Positions 47,056 to 57,900 of a stretch of DNA of 64,000 nucleotides are shown one piece after another. A program made the translations under genes and the position numbers. The DNA is taken from IMG/VR virus record IMGVR_UViG_3300032782_000001, positions 180,404 through 244,403 of that record, one strand, 5' to 3'. The notes beneath the pieces were generated by a model. That model had not been told where the DNA came from. It did not search any database and saw nothing but the letters and a program-made list of their open reading frames with translations. How positions within the stretch are numbered: position 1 is the first letter of the stretch; the number at the start of each line of letters is the position of its first letter. Source of the DNA: a virus.

Positions 47056-50000
47056 TCAGCTTGCCGGCCGATAGGTCAAAGTGATGTCCCCCGGAGTCAA
47101 GAATTCAATTTGAGATGTATTGATATCTTGAACTCCCTTATCACCACTCACTACATAGGTTGCAGAAAATGCATGGTTGCCGGGAACGTCTGGTGGAGTC
47201 GCACCAGCGTCGAGTGAGACCACCACCCGATTAGCAGTCCTACGGACTCTCTCAGCGGGAATAGCAGAAGCCACGAATACAACGGGCAAAAGAGTAGCGT
47301 CGTCCGAATACCCTTGAATAACAGCACCGTTCTGACCAATAATCCAAGATTGATTTACAGCATTTCCCACGGATTCCAAAGAATCTGCCATTTTCATGAT
47401 GAGGTCATCTTTGAAAACACCATGATGAATATTATTAGCACCTCCACCGTCAGTGGTATTGAATGGAAGCGCTTGAGTCAGAAGATAAACAGCGTTAGCG
47501 AATGCGTTCAAAGACGGCAGAGCCACAGATTCGGGCAGAATTTCATCTCGAATTCGAACGGCTCCATCTTGGAGGGATAAACGAGAGAACGGCTGGACGA
47601 CAAAATCTACTCCCGTTGTGTCGTCAATAACGGATGTTACGTCTGATTGATGGATGGAACCACCAACACCTTTGGAGTCAGTCAAAATAGTGAACGAAGT
47701 TCGAATGGCGGAGTCAACTGTGGCTTGATTTGCATTTGGAAGCAGCTGGACAGTAGCTTCTACCGATATCGGATTCTCAAGAGCTTGCTTCACTACAACA
47801 TCCGCAGTAACATGCCGCATCGTTTGGATTTTGGCTTGCAGCTGTTGTAGAACATCGTTCACCACATAGGTAACGGAAAAATTTTCATCTTTCTGATAAT
47901 CGACCGATATTGTCGCACCGCTTGCGATGTTGGATAAAGTCGTTCGAATAATCTTGATAGGTGTGGTCTGTGATCCACCAACGACAAGATAATCTGGATT
48001 GGCATTATCAGGGCCGTTATATTGAATAGTCCTGTCTTTACTATAGACCACCAGAGTAAAGCTATTGATACCAACGGAATCGAGAGGCTCCTGGAATTCA
48101 CCAATCAATACATGTTGTTCGTCATTGACCTGGAGTGAATTCCCGGAAGGAACATTCCCAACTTGATTGATCGTAATGAAGTCCTTAGCAATAGTGCTCT
48201 CTCCTTCAAGGAGAGGATCTTGGATCTTGAAAATGGTGAAGCCTAATACAGAATCAAGCGCTCCTGAAACTTCGCCAGTTACAGATGAAACCCTTAGGAT
48301 CGGTTGAATCGATGGAATGAATTTGTTGTTACTACGGAATCTATAATCACCTTCCACGAAGTCATCGAGAAGGGTCTGCGGCTGCGGAATGGATTGGCTG
48401 AGACGAATTGTCCTATAGTCAACGAGAGTAACTCCCGTCAGATCATAAGAAGCGGTGGGAAGATCCGAATGATTTCTCAACCCGAGTCCTTGGCTCGGGT
48501 TGAAGAGCATTTCTACGATCGGATTGGATGGGGTGAGTCTTGAATCTCTGGCTCGAAACGTGAGAGTAGTGACGTCAATAACATCAAACCTTATGTTTTT
48601 TGCAATCTCAAACTGGAAAGCAAATGTTTCCGTAGTGGTCCTCTCAAGAGTCCCTTTCACATAAATATCGACTTTGCCGCCAATGTGCTTTTTGCGGACT
48701 TCATCATAGTCACGCATCATGAAAGGATCGCCCGATTTAATTACGCGCGTCTCGAGAACACCAGGCACAGAAATAGAATTCTCTTCGTAACCACCTTCGG
48801 TACCAGTATCCAAAGAAGAAAGTGCGTTTTGTGCGCTCTCTGCGAGTTCCAAGTTACTCTGAACGTCTCGACCAAAATCTGCAGCTACTTCATTGATAGT
48901 ATTGAAACCACTCGCGCCAGATACGACTGTATCAATACTCCCAGCGGGGATATTGCCTGCCGAACCCGGGGTATCGGCAAACATTTGGACTTTGATCTCA
49001 TATCTACGAGTATCTTGATTGTAGAAACTCTGAGCATTGGCCGCGGTAAGTGTAGCCGCACCTTTAGCTCTATAACGTGGAGCCGTACTGACAGTGGACG
49101 AAGAAACGATAGCGTTTTGCGCCACAATCAGGTCACGTGTCGGTTTCGTAGTCGTATAGAATGTCTGGTTAACAACCGACGGCCGACTACCAAGGCGGGG
49201 GATTCCGAAATTTTTTGCTAGAGAGTCAAACGCGGAATCAATTAACCCTTGGGTGGCAGCGTCCGTAGACAGGCTCAAAGCCGCCTTCAGTGCTTGTTTA
49301 TACTGAGAATTAGATACTGGAATGCTCGTCCCCGTGAGACCAGGGTCGTCGATTTGAAGGAGAGCGGAGAAAGACTTAGCTCGATGGACAAAGTCCATCA
49401 AAAAATAAGCCTTTTGCATTTCATTAGCAAAAGGTTCAATATGAACTTCCCGAACTGTGGACCCAGGAATCAAAGAAAGAGTTGGCTGAACTGTTGAAAT
49501 CTCTCGAATATAATTATTAACGACCGCATCTTGTTGACGGATCTGGATACCGCGAACAGTTGCGTCTAAAGCTAGAGGGTTCCCAGAAATTTCTTGAGAG
49601 AACCTACTCTCTTGGAGAAGACCGGTGGATTTATTGAAGAAGACAGATGTTATGACGTAGAAGAGGGGATCTTCAGACGCAACTGCCGCAAATGTATCGG
49701 AGTTGAGAGTGTTGTTAACGATCCCATTATTGCGATTATGATTGAAGGTAAAAAAATTGGTCTCTTCCAGAGCGGAAACGGATACGGTTAGTCTGAAATT
49801 AGGCTGACCAAGAAGTGAATATCGATTATCTGACGTCTGAGTGATGACCTCATTTGTAACTGGGTCAAGAATTTGTGAAACAATCCTGACATCATTTCCA
49901 GAAAAAGGCGTGATTTGAGGTGCGGAATCAGTAAGATCATAACTTACTGATGAGCTCGGAATTTCTTCCACTACGGTGGTCGTTGGAGAGGTGAAAGGAA

Positions 50001-50508
50001 TCGTATCTTTGTTGATACGAAGATACCCCGATCCTGTTCCGCCTTCTCCTGTAGAAGCATACACATTATATCCAGTAATGGACGAAGAAGAAGAAACATC
50101 AGACCAAGTAATATCAACTGAGCTAGCACGACGTTTAAGAACGATCCCCGTTGGAGGAGTCAACAAGTTTTTCAGGTCGGACTCAGCAACGACCGTAGCA
50201 CTGATAGTTGCTGCGGGACTAACAGCGCCTGTGATATCAACTGCCCTGAGTCTAATGACATTCAGACCCTTGTCCAGTTTGAGACCGTCTGGAAAACTGG
50301 ACAAGTTAGGAACCGTGAAATTCGGGAGCGCAAGATCGACCAAAGAAGGATCCGACACAAACCCAGCGTCGTTGACATCAATTTGAACGTCAATGACATT
50401 CGGACCCACGGAACCAGTAAAAACCAGCCCGAACAAATTCGTAGTGATGGTTAGGGATGAGGTTGTCCCGGAACCGTCAAAATAATTCAGCTGCGGCGTG
50501 GCCGTCAT
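47056..50508 (-). CDS. Large baseplate/fibre-associated protein (1150 aa) with at least one fibronectin-III-like module
   Basis: VDITWSDVSSSSSITGYNVYASTGEGG is FN3-like; the remainder is beta-rich with T/S/N/V bias. Confidence 0.7.
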   Translation of the reverse strand: MTATPQLNYFDGSGTTSSLTITTNLFGLVFTGSVGPNVIDVQIDVNDAGFVSDPSLVDLALPNFTVPNLSSFPDGLKLDKGLNVIRLRAVDITGAVSPAATISATVVAESDLKNLLTPPTGIVLKRRASSVDITWSDVSSSSSITGYNVYASTGEGGTGSGYLRINKDTIPFTSPTTTVVEEIPSSSVSYDLTDSAPQITPFSGNDVRIVSQILDPVTNEVITQTSDNRYSLLGQPNFRLTVSVSALEETNFFTFNHNRNNGIVNNTLNSDTFAAVASEDPLFYVITSVFFNKSTGLLQESRFSQEISGNPLALDATVRGIQIRQQDAVVNNYIREISTVQPTLSLIPGSTVREVHIEPFANEMQKAYFLMDFVHRAKSFSALLQIDDPGLTGTSIPVSNSQYKQALKAALSLSTDAATQGLIDSAFDSLAKNFGIPRLGSRPSVVNQTFYTTTKPTRDLIVAQNAIVSSSTVSTAPRYRAKGAATLTAANAQSFYNQDTRRYEIKVQMFADTPGSAGNIPAGSIDTVVSGASGFNTINEVAADFGRDVQSNLELAESAQNALSSLDTGTEGGYEENSISVPGVLETRVIKSGDPFMMRDYDEVRKKHIGGKVDIYVKGTLERTTTETFAFQFEIAKNIRFDVIDVTTLTFRARDSRLTPSNPIVEMLFNPSQGLGLRNHSDLPTASYDLTGVTLVDYRTIRLSQSIPQPQTLLDDFVEGDYRFRSNNKFIPSIQPILRVSSVTGEVSGALDSVLGFTIFKIQDPLLEGESTIAKDFITINQVGNVPSGNSLQVNDEQHVLIGEFQEPLDSVGINSFTLVVYSKDRTIQYNGPDNANPDYLVVGGSQTTPIKIIRTTLSNIASGATISVDYQKDENFSVTYVVNDVLQQLQAKIQTMRHVTADVVVKQALENPISVEATVQLLPNANQATVDSAIRTSFTILTDSKGVGGSIHQSDVTSVIDDTTGVDFVVQPFSRLSLQDGAVRIRDEILPESVALPSLNAFANAVYLLTQALPFNTTDGGGANNIHHGVFKDDLIMKMADSLESVGNAVNQSWIIGQNGAVIQGYSDDATLLPVVFVASAIPAERVRRTANRVVVSLDAGATPPDVPGNHAFSATYVVSGDKGVQDINTSQIEFLTPGDITLTYRPAS

Positions 50509-50538
50509 GTTCAGTCACGATACGGCATTAGAACCGTC

Positions 50539-51690
50539 TCAAGCACGAAGCTGGAATGTTGGAGATCCTTGACCAAACGTAAAGGGATTGGGAGTACCGA
50601 TAACGCGCTTAAGAGGGACAGGGACACGACTCCGACTATCGATAGTCGTAACTACGATAGCGACAGTCGGGTCATCCGTCGGACTCCGAACAGAAACGCT
50701 AATGAGTTTGGCCGGATATTCAGCATCCGAGACTTGTTGGATTGGGAATCGAGAGTCTTGTTGCTGTTTGATATTCTGATAGGTTCGGAAAGCCTGGGTC
50801 ACGTCGAGGTTGATCATTGCATTGATCGTCGTTAACCCCGTAGTTCCTTTCCCACCTACTCTGTTGATGAGACCTGATCCCAACCAGGCCCATTTGAAAT
50901 GAGAACCAATTCGTGTGAACAGGAATTTATCAAATTCTTGCGCAAGCAGATCGGTATCCTGAACCGTGTCATAGCTCCCATTGAGAATGCCATAATCAAA
51001 TTCAATTTTTGAACCAAAACATCTACGACAGTTCTGAGGAGCAGTCACATAACTGAGTCGAATTACGGGATCATGATTCAGAAGAGGAGATTCGAATTGG
51101 ATGAGTCTACCGGTCCCGTCACCTGAGTTAGGGTCCAGCACCAAAGACCAACCGGGGAATAACTTTTTACCAGTTACTGCTCTCCCAGGAACGATGCCAA
51201 GTTTAGAATAGGCCCCCAAGATTCTTCCAGTGGAAGGTAGAGAACTGGTCTTGTCAGTCCATCGGGGATCAGGAAAAGAGAATGAGGTCCCGGTAGACGG
51301 CTGACGTGCAGCAAGTACCACGCGATTGTTCTGAACCGAAATATTGAGTGCTGGAAGTTTCTTTTGAAGGTCTTGCGCTAAGTCCGAAGCTTTCAGATTA
51401 GATCCGGAAATGATCTGGATCATCTGCGGCGGATCGAATCCGATTCGTACGAAAATGAGGTCGTTTACTCCCGCTGTGATTCGATATGGTTCGGGCTTGG
51501 AAAAAGGAAGAGTGGCTACAGAATAAAGCCCTCCGGGCGGAATGTCTACTCCGTCGATTTCTACCCTCACAGATTTATTTACTGGAGGACGTTGGAAAGA
51601 AGCCGTTAGATGCGAATTAACGTTCAAAGTGCTCGCTTCACGAACAACTTCATGAGTACAAATTTGTTCCGTAGCAAAATCGTAACTCAT
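50539..51690 (-). CDS. Hypothetical baseplate-module protein
   Basis: 383-aa ORF; ATGA start/stop overlap with the upstream 251-aa gene indicates translational coupling. Confidence 0.55.
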   Translation of the reverse strand: MSYDFATEQICTHEVVREASTLNVNSHLTASFQRPPVNKSVRVEIDGVDIPPGGLYSVATLPFSKPEPYRITAGVNDLIFVRIGFDPPQMIQIISGSNLKASDLAQDLQKKLPALNISVQNNRVVLAARQPSTGTSFSFPDPRWTDKTSSLPSTGRILGAYSKLGIVPGRAVTGKKLFPGWSLVLDPNSGDGTGRLIQFESPLLNHDPVIRLSYVTAPQNCRRCFGSKIEFDYGILNGSYDTVQDTDLLAQEFDKFLFTRIGSHFKWAWLGSGLINRVGGKGTTGLTTINAMINLDVTQAFRTYQNIKQQQDSRFPIQQVSDAEYPAKLISVSVRSPTDDPTVAIVVTTIDSRSRVPVPLKRVIGTPNPFTFGQGSPTFQLRA

Positions 51691-52442
51691 CGTTCTGCGT
51701 CCTCTGAGTCTTCAGTGATTGCAGAATCTCGAGTGAAGTCCGAAGGCACACCAACATTCAGTCCGAAGATATCAGTGGTGTCATCTACCGTGTTCTGGGC
51801 ATCGGGAGTATCGATTTGGACGTCCACAGCCAAAACTTGGTCGGAGGCGCTACCTAGACCCTCGGCGGTGAGTTGATCGATCAATGCCATTTCTTTTTGG
51901 ATCTGGTCGGAGTAGTCCAACGCTCGCTTGATCTTATATTCGATTCTCTCTCGCTTTAGCTTAATGGCTTCTAACTGCCATTTCTTGAGCCTTTCAACCA
52001 AAATCCCTAAATCCCGATCGAAAATTTGACTCCCACGGAACCTTCGGTTATTGGAGAAAGTATCCGCTACTCCACCTGTCACTTCACCATTCTCATCGGT
52101 AGTAAGTGGCACAGTGCGGGATGCGTATACAGGGATGTCTGAGGTCCTGAGAAGCATGTCCCTCTCGGGGATACCTCCCAAGATTCTGTATGCAGTCATG
52201 AGTTTGTCTGCGTAGCTTCCAGCAACAGCCGCAAAACCCGTAGGATTAGGGCCATCATAATCAGTAATGAATACGCCAACTCGAGTTAGCTCCCTTTGGA
52301 GCCAAGCCTTGCGTTGAATGAGGTCAATTTGTTGGATAGCAACGAAATTTTTGAATTCTTCCCATTGACCCGTGGTGAAGGTCCCATAAAAATTAAACGC
52401 CATGTTTACATCCTTTCCTCTGATGGATATAAAGTCCACCAC
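51687..52442 (-). CDS. Hypothetical baseplate-module protein
   Basis: 251-aa ORF; acidic C-terminus; no family recognised. Confidence 0.55.
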   Translation of the reverse strand: MVDFISIRGKDVNMAFNFYGTFTTGQWEEFKNFVAIQQIDLIQRKAWLQRELTRVGVFITDYDGPNPTGFAAVAGSYADKLMTAYRILGGIPERDMLLRTSDIPVYASRTVPLTTDENGEVTGGVADTFSNNRRFRGSQIFDRDLGILVERLKKWQLEAIKLKRERIEYKIKRALDYSDQIQKEMALIDQLTAEGLGSASDQVLAVDVQIDTPDAQNTVDDTTDIFGLNVGVPSDFTRDSAITEDSEDAER

Positions 52443-52484
52443 CAGGATGTTTGCAAAAATTTGGAAAGAATTGAAGGTTCATTA

Positions 52485-54632
52485 TCAGAATCCGAAAATG
52501 AAAGACAATGCGTCGATGATGCCGGTGCCAGGACCACCTGCTGTTATGACGAGCCCAGAGTGGAGACCGAATGGAGAGTCTCCTGGTTTATCAGTAGAAG
52601 CTTGAAGATCGGAAGCCAGCTGATCTGCGCTCCCAGCAGAATTGACGTCCACGAAGACACTGACGGTTAAGTCAATACTCAAGATGGCCAAAATATCGAG
52701 AATTGTCTGAACAAGTTGTTCTAGTTGGACGACCTTTTGAATCAGTGTTTGAATAATTTCCGTAATTTCTTTTACGGCGTCCTGAATGGCTTTAAGTAAA
52801 GCCAAAATGAATTGTTCCAACCAGTTCAACAACTTACGAAGGTCAGGGAGAAGGTCTCCAAGAGTAACAGAATACCAATGAAGATATGAAGTGTTGAAAG
52901 ATAATAGAGCCAGAGCCAATCTGAGAAAATCAGCCAAGTCTTTGCGTTGTTGAGCCGCAATTCCGCCGGGAATGGCAGGACTGATCGGATAAGGTCCTTT
53001 AAAAGGTGAACTGGTATTAGTGGAAGTATAATTATTTTCTAGTGCCAAGTATGCATTGATCTTGGTACCACTCGTAGTAGTAATTCCGCCAATGATCCCT
53101 ATGAAACTCCAGATATCTGTGGTATTGATGATGGTATTTACGGTAACATTAACTCCTGCCGTCCATTTATCCGTCAGGTTCTGCAGAAGTGTCGGCTGAG
53201 CATAAAGCTTGTCCAAAACCATGTTCGACAATCGTCGAGACATGGAAGTAAACAAAAAAGCATTTTTAAGCTGATCCGATGTATTGTAAGCTGCTTTCAG
53301 TGGTCCCATTTGACCACCAATCATCGTCAGCGTACCCCAACCAGTTTTTTGCTGCTGTTGCTGAACGTTATCTGTGGAAGAAGCTTGAGGGAAATCAAAA
53401 TTCAATAGAATCCCGGCTTTGACAGCGTTATTTAGATCATTATATGGGTCAAAGTCCCCAGTCGGGATGACCGGTACTACTCCCTTAACGATAGCGCTAG
53501 CTTTCCCGAGAGTAACACCTGGTTCGGTCCTGAAATACCATTGGACTCCGGAACGGAATAGCAAAGTATTCTGAGCAGCAATTACGTCATCGGGGGACTT
53601 GAGAGCTAAATACTGGGTCGGCTCGCCGAAAAACGCACGAATTCTATAATAATAGGTAGCCCCTTGAACGAGCGCGGGATCATTATCAATGTATGTATAA
53701 GTGCCAGTCAAATTTCCTTCTACAAGACTAGCACCATCTACACGAATTTTGGTACCAAAATCTCTGTAAGTGCTCCCCGTCCAATCTCGAACAAGATATT
53801 TGGTCTTGACAGCGGGAAATGAATACCTATCCAAGATAGGATTAACACTATTGCCGAGAACAGAAGTATCAGGGAGAATTGATACCAACTGACCACGCGG
53901 ATTAAGTGCATCTGTACGTTCGACAATGAAGCTCGGGAAGCTGAACGATGTATATAATGAAGTAGCTTGACCAATGAGCCCGGTCAATCCGCTTCCTGCA
54001 GGGGAATCTGGCATGCGCCATTGCAATGCAACAGCTTTCTGCAAATCCGGACTGAAAACACTGGCAAATTGAGTAACAGCAGCGGCAGCACTGCCTTCGG
54101 TTTGAGTCACAGGACGTGCAGTTACTGCAACAGGAGCAGGAAGTTGAATCTGCAACGGATGCTTCAGCAAATACAAGAGCTCAAAAATTAGTCCGAGCAA
54201 GTCGCCGGGGGAATCAGCACCAATATACAGAATGAGCATGGCGACGGCCGAGCCGTCAGGATACATGGGCCGAAAAACATCGGCAGTATCATAAAATTTA
54301 CCAACAACTTTAGTTTCAAACCCAGGATACGCTCCAGATACAGAATTGAATACACCAGTAATATCAGCCTGACTGAAGTCAGGATGAACTAGAAGGATAG
54401 AAAATCCAGTCGCTGCAATTTGATCAAGCAAAAGCTCAATCGCGGCAAGGATCAAATAAACAGCTGCAATAATAGGACTTAGCAGAGCTAGTAAGAAGAT
54501 CTGAATGATCTCTAGGAAGGCTTCTAATACGGCTTCGACGACTTGAAGAACTATGAGGAGACCTTCGAAAACCGGGATGAGCGGATCGAACGGAGCAAAA
54601 TGAAAAGTTACTGTTGCGATCCAGTCAGCCAT
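52485..54632 (-). CDS. Membrane-interacting structural protein: hydrophobic N-terminal helices, globular core, C-terminal coiled coil
   Basis: N-terminus IATVTFHFAPFDPLIPVFEGLLIVLQVVEAVLEAFLEIIQIFLLALLSPIIAAVYLILAAIELLL; C-terminus KLLNWLEQFILALLKAIQDAVKEITEIIQTLIQKVVQLEQLVQTILDILAIL. Confidence 0.6.
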   Translation of the reverse strand: MADWIATVTFHFAPFDPLIPVFEGLLIVLQVVEAVLEAFLEIIQIFLLALLSPIIAAVYLILAAIELLLDQIAATGFSILLVHPDFSQADITGVFNSVSGAYPGFETKVVGKFYDTADVFRPMYPDGSAVAMLILYIGADSPGDLLGLIFELLYLLKHPLQIQLPAPVAVTARPVTQTEGSAAAAVTQFASVFSPDLQKAVALQWRMPDSPAGSGLTGLIGQATSLYTSFSFPSFIVERTDALNPRGQLVSILPDTSVLGNSVNPILDRYSFPAVKTKYLVRDWTGSTYRDFGTKIRVDGASLVEGNLTGTYTYIDNDPALVQGATYYYRIRAFFGEPTQYLALKSPDDVIAAQNTLLFRSGVQWYFRTEPGVTLGKASAIVKGVVPVIPTGDFDPYNDLNNAVKAGILLNFDFPQASSTDNVQQQQQKTGWGTLTMIGGQMGPLKAAYNTSDQLKNAFLFTSMSRRLSNMVLDKLYAQPTLLQNLTDKWTAGVNVTVNTIINTTDIWSFIGIIGGITTTSGTKINAYLALENNYTSTNTSSPFKGPYPISPAIPGGIAAQQRKDLADFLRLALALLSFNTSYLHWYSVTLGDLLPDLRKLLNWLEQFILALLKAIQDAVKEITEIIQTLIQKVVQLEQLVQTILDILAILSIDLTVSVFVDVNSAGSADQLASDLQASTDKPGDSPFGLHSGLVITAGGPGTGIIDALSFIFGF

Positions 54633-54648
54633 TTTAACAGTTCAACAA

Positions 54649-54942
54649 TTAGCGTTTGCTAATACTATCTCTAACTCCAATAAGATGATCGATTCTAGAT
54701 CTTTCCACTTTGATCAAATTCTCCATTCGTTCTTTCACGGTCTGAAGATGAGCTTTGACTCTTCCGAAGTGAATCCTTTGGTTATGCTTCCATGGGATTC
54801 CCTTCTCTACCCCAGAGCCAGCGCAATCAGAAGCTTCTGCTGATCGTCCAGAAGCTTCTGAAGATTCTCCACTCTCGTATCCGCTGCCTGCTTCAGCTGC
54901 GTCAACGATCCCGTTTTCCGATTGATCCTCTGGTCGATCCAT
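54649..54942 (-). CDS. Possible small acidic protein; start uncertain, overlaps 3' end of the 1752-aa gene in another frame
   Basis: 97-aa ATG-ORF overlaps 54807-54942 of the upstream gene by 136 nt. It could start at a downstream non-ATG codon or be reached by frameshifting. Confidence 0.3.
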   Translation of the reverse strand: MDRPEDQSENGIVDAAEAGSGYESGESSEASGRSAEASDCAGSGVEKGIPWKHNQRIHFGRVKAHLQTVKERMENLIKVERSRIDHLIGVRDSISKR

Positions 54943-57900
54943 AGGTACCTGGTGTCGTATAGCTTATCGCCATTTTTCAAGATAGACGCGATCTTCTTCG
55001 TAAAAGAAGTCACATCGGAGATGCGTTGTGCAATAAGCGTTTGCCTAGCTACGCTACCGGACGGATCCGGCGCAGCTGCCCAAGCTTCAGTGGCAGACAG
55101 GAAGGCAAGAGTTTTTTGGAAATACCCCGCCATGAATTGAGGACCTTTAGTACCTAGGAATGAGTATTTTTGGATAATAATATACTGAGTGGGACCCGAA
55201 GACGGGAAAGCGTAAAATGGAGAAGAAGTGGATACGGTAATAGTTGTGGTCGTCTTGCTCTTAATTTCGTAGACTCCTTGGTTTGGACCGGAAGGGACAT
55301 AAAGAACATACTTTGTAGTCACGTCCGAGAAATCAGTTGAATTATCAGTAAGGACAGCACCAGACGCCGTTCCAGTCCCGGATTGACCTACAGGACCCCA
55401 ATCTCGAATAATTTGATCCACAATCGGAAGTTCTGCGTTCAGAGTTCCAATAATAGCAAGAGGAACCGGAGGAGCAGCTACATTGTTGACAAGGATCCCG
55501 AGTTCCTTGGTCAGAATGTCAGGGAGAGCTCCATCAATAGTTACTTTTACAAGATTGCTGCCGGTTGTATCTAGAGAAGTAAATGGAATTGTAACCGTCG
55601 CAGTAACTCCCGATACTGCGGAAATAACTTTATCTTGATTAGCATTCGGTCCATTAATGAACCGGACAGTATCTCCGACTGCTACACTGAATGGTAAACC
55701 GGAAATAGTAGTTGTCGTCGGAGATACCGTAGCAACACCGAAAGTATCAAGTGCGGTTGCTTCAAGTGCCAGGTATCGGGACTCTGATCCATATTTCATC
55801 TGCGGCCTGGAAAGCCGTCCGTCATCCAATTGTTCAATCCCATCCAAAGCGGGGATACGTGTGGCCTTGGTGTTTTGAGGAATATAGAATACCAAAGTTT
55901 CTACAATTTCATTCCCAACCGGAGGGAACTGGAAAGCAGAACTGGGATCAGCCTGAGTAATGTTGTCGATTCCACCGGAATCACCATCAACAAACACGTC
56001 TCGTTGATCAAAGTAGAACCTGAATGTGGTGTCGTTAGCGGCCAGAAGAGAATGTTGCAAACTGCCAGAAGTCAAAGTGGTGGGCGTATCAATGGTAATG
56101 GCAGTACCTGAGATGTTTGTCACATTAGCGATGACGTCAGGGGTCCCATCAGGCGCAAAAATGTGAACAGGCTGCATCAATTCAAATGGAGGAGTCAAAG
56201 TTTTAGTATCACCATTTTTGTCAATATTTAGAACAGTGCCGCCAGCAGAAGTAGAAGAGAAAATGGCGTTAGATAAACCAGACGTCACGACAAATGCATA
56301 TAGGAGATTGGATACTGGTTGTCCGAGAACAGAGAGTGTTCCCATGACAGCTCCATAATCGTCACTCGTTACTTGATCATTCAATGCTGCAGTGGCCACA
56401 ACCAAAGTCCTGAAGAATCTCCCGAATCGGTTGATTCCTCCCATATACCCGTAAAATGGAGCGAGTTCGAAATCAAAAAAGTCAACAAGCTCGAAGAAAT
56501 CGAAAAGCTTAATCTGATCGTCAATATCATTAGTGACTTGAGTCAGATCGGCTCTCGGAGGATTGGCAGTATTTCCATCAAAACGGAAACGACCGTCGGT
56601 ACCACCAACCACACGACCGTCTAGGTTAGCAAGAAGATCCTCCCATGCATTAGTCAAATCGTTATACCACTTGAGAAGGCGAATAGCGACAAGGTCAATA
56701 TTGGAATAATGTTGTTCTGGAAAGAAAAGACTCGGATTCCCGAAATCTTTTGCTTTCATGGAACTCCTACTTGCGGTATCTGGTCCGGAAGAGCCTCCGG
56801 CTTGAGCACTTTGTTGAAGAAGTGCTTGGACTTCCGGCAGGAATGTGTTGAATGATTCAATTCTATAAAAGAAGCTATCGGGTGCGTACAGAGTATATGA
56901 AGCTACCAATTGCTGAGTCAAAATTCCATTGGAATCGCTAGGTGCAATAGCATGAGAATAGTTTAGATGGAATACGGACCCAGCAGGCTTCGATACCCTT
57001 GCCACGTAAAGGACCTGTAGAGAATCACCAAACACAGCATCAGTGCTGAGTTTAATGAGACCACCCTCTGCAACGGTGTAATCAACATTGTTTGCGAGGA
57101 CCGCCCGATTCGGTCCCATTCGAATAAGAGTAACAGGAAAATCGACGTCTAACGGCTTGTCTGTTTGGAATTTCCCATCCGTTTTCAACACGGGACGAAC
57201 AGTTCTAGTAATATTCGGAATAATGTAATTCCTGACGGCAGCAGAAGCCAATGTGATCTTGGTCGTATTGGCTTTAGTGTCTTTCAAAACTGAAAGAACA
57301 TAATACGGGTCTCCGTCAACAGTGATGACTGTCCCAATCCTATACGGCAAGTCCCCGGTAAGGGTTATGGAATTCGTGCCCTTCGTGAAGGAATCAGAAG
57401 GAGCAGTTTCATGAACCCTATAATCTCCATTAATCGGCTCACAAACGAGAATAGGAGAACTTCCAGAATCTGCAATGGCGGCATTTTCAAATACAACTTC
57501 AGTAGTATCGGTACTGCTGTTGTATGTCACAAGCTTTGCAATTACAACATCTTTATCAGAGAGAAGGAATGCTGACCCCGGGGAAACTGTGGACGTTTGA
57601 TCCCCATTGAAAGATGCTTGCGTAGATCCTTTAGTAATAACTGGCGGGTCTTGATCAATAGGAGCAAAAATAAGATTGAACATCCCGTTACCACCGGGTG
57701 CATTTTGAACCCAGTAGTCGAGAACAACTGAATCACCGGCTTTGGAAGGGTTTGTCAGATTGATAGTTCCGGGAGGAACAAAAGTGAAGTCAGTAGATTT
57801 TTGAGTGAAACCGTTGATGGCCACCTGAATTGGCCTATCCAGGCTTACAATATCTCCATCCGGATTGAAGGTGACTTTCGTTGAACCGGTGGTGACTACG

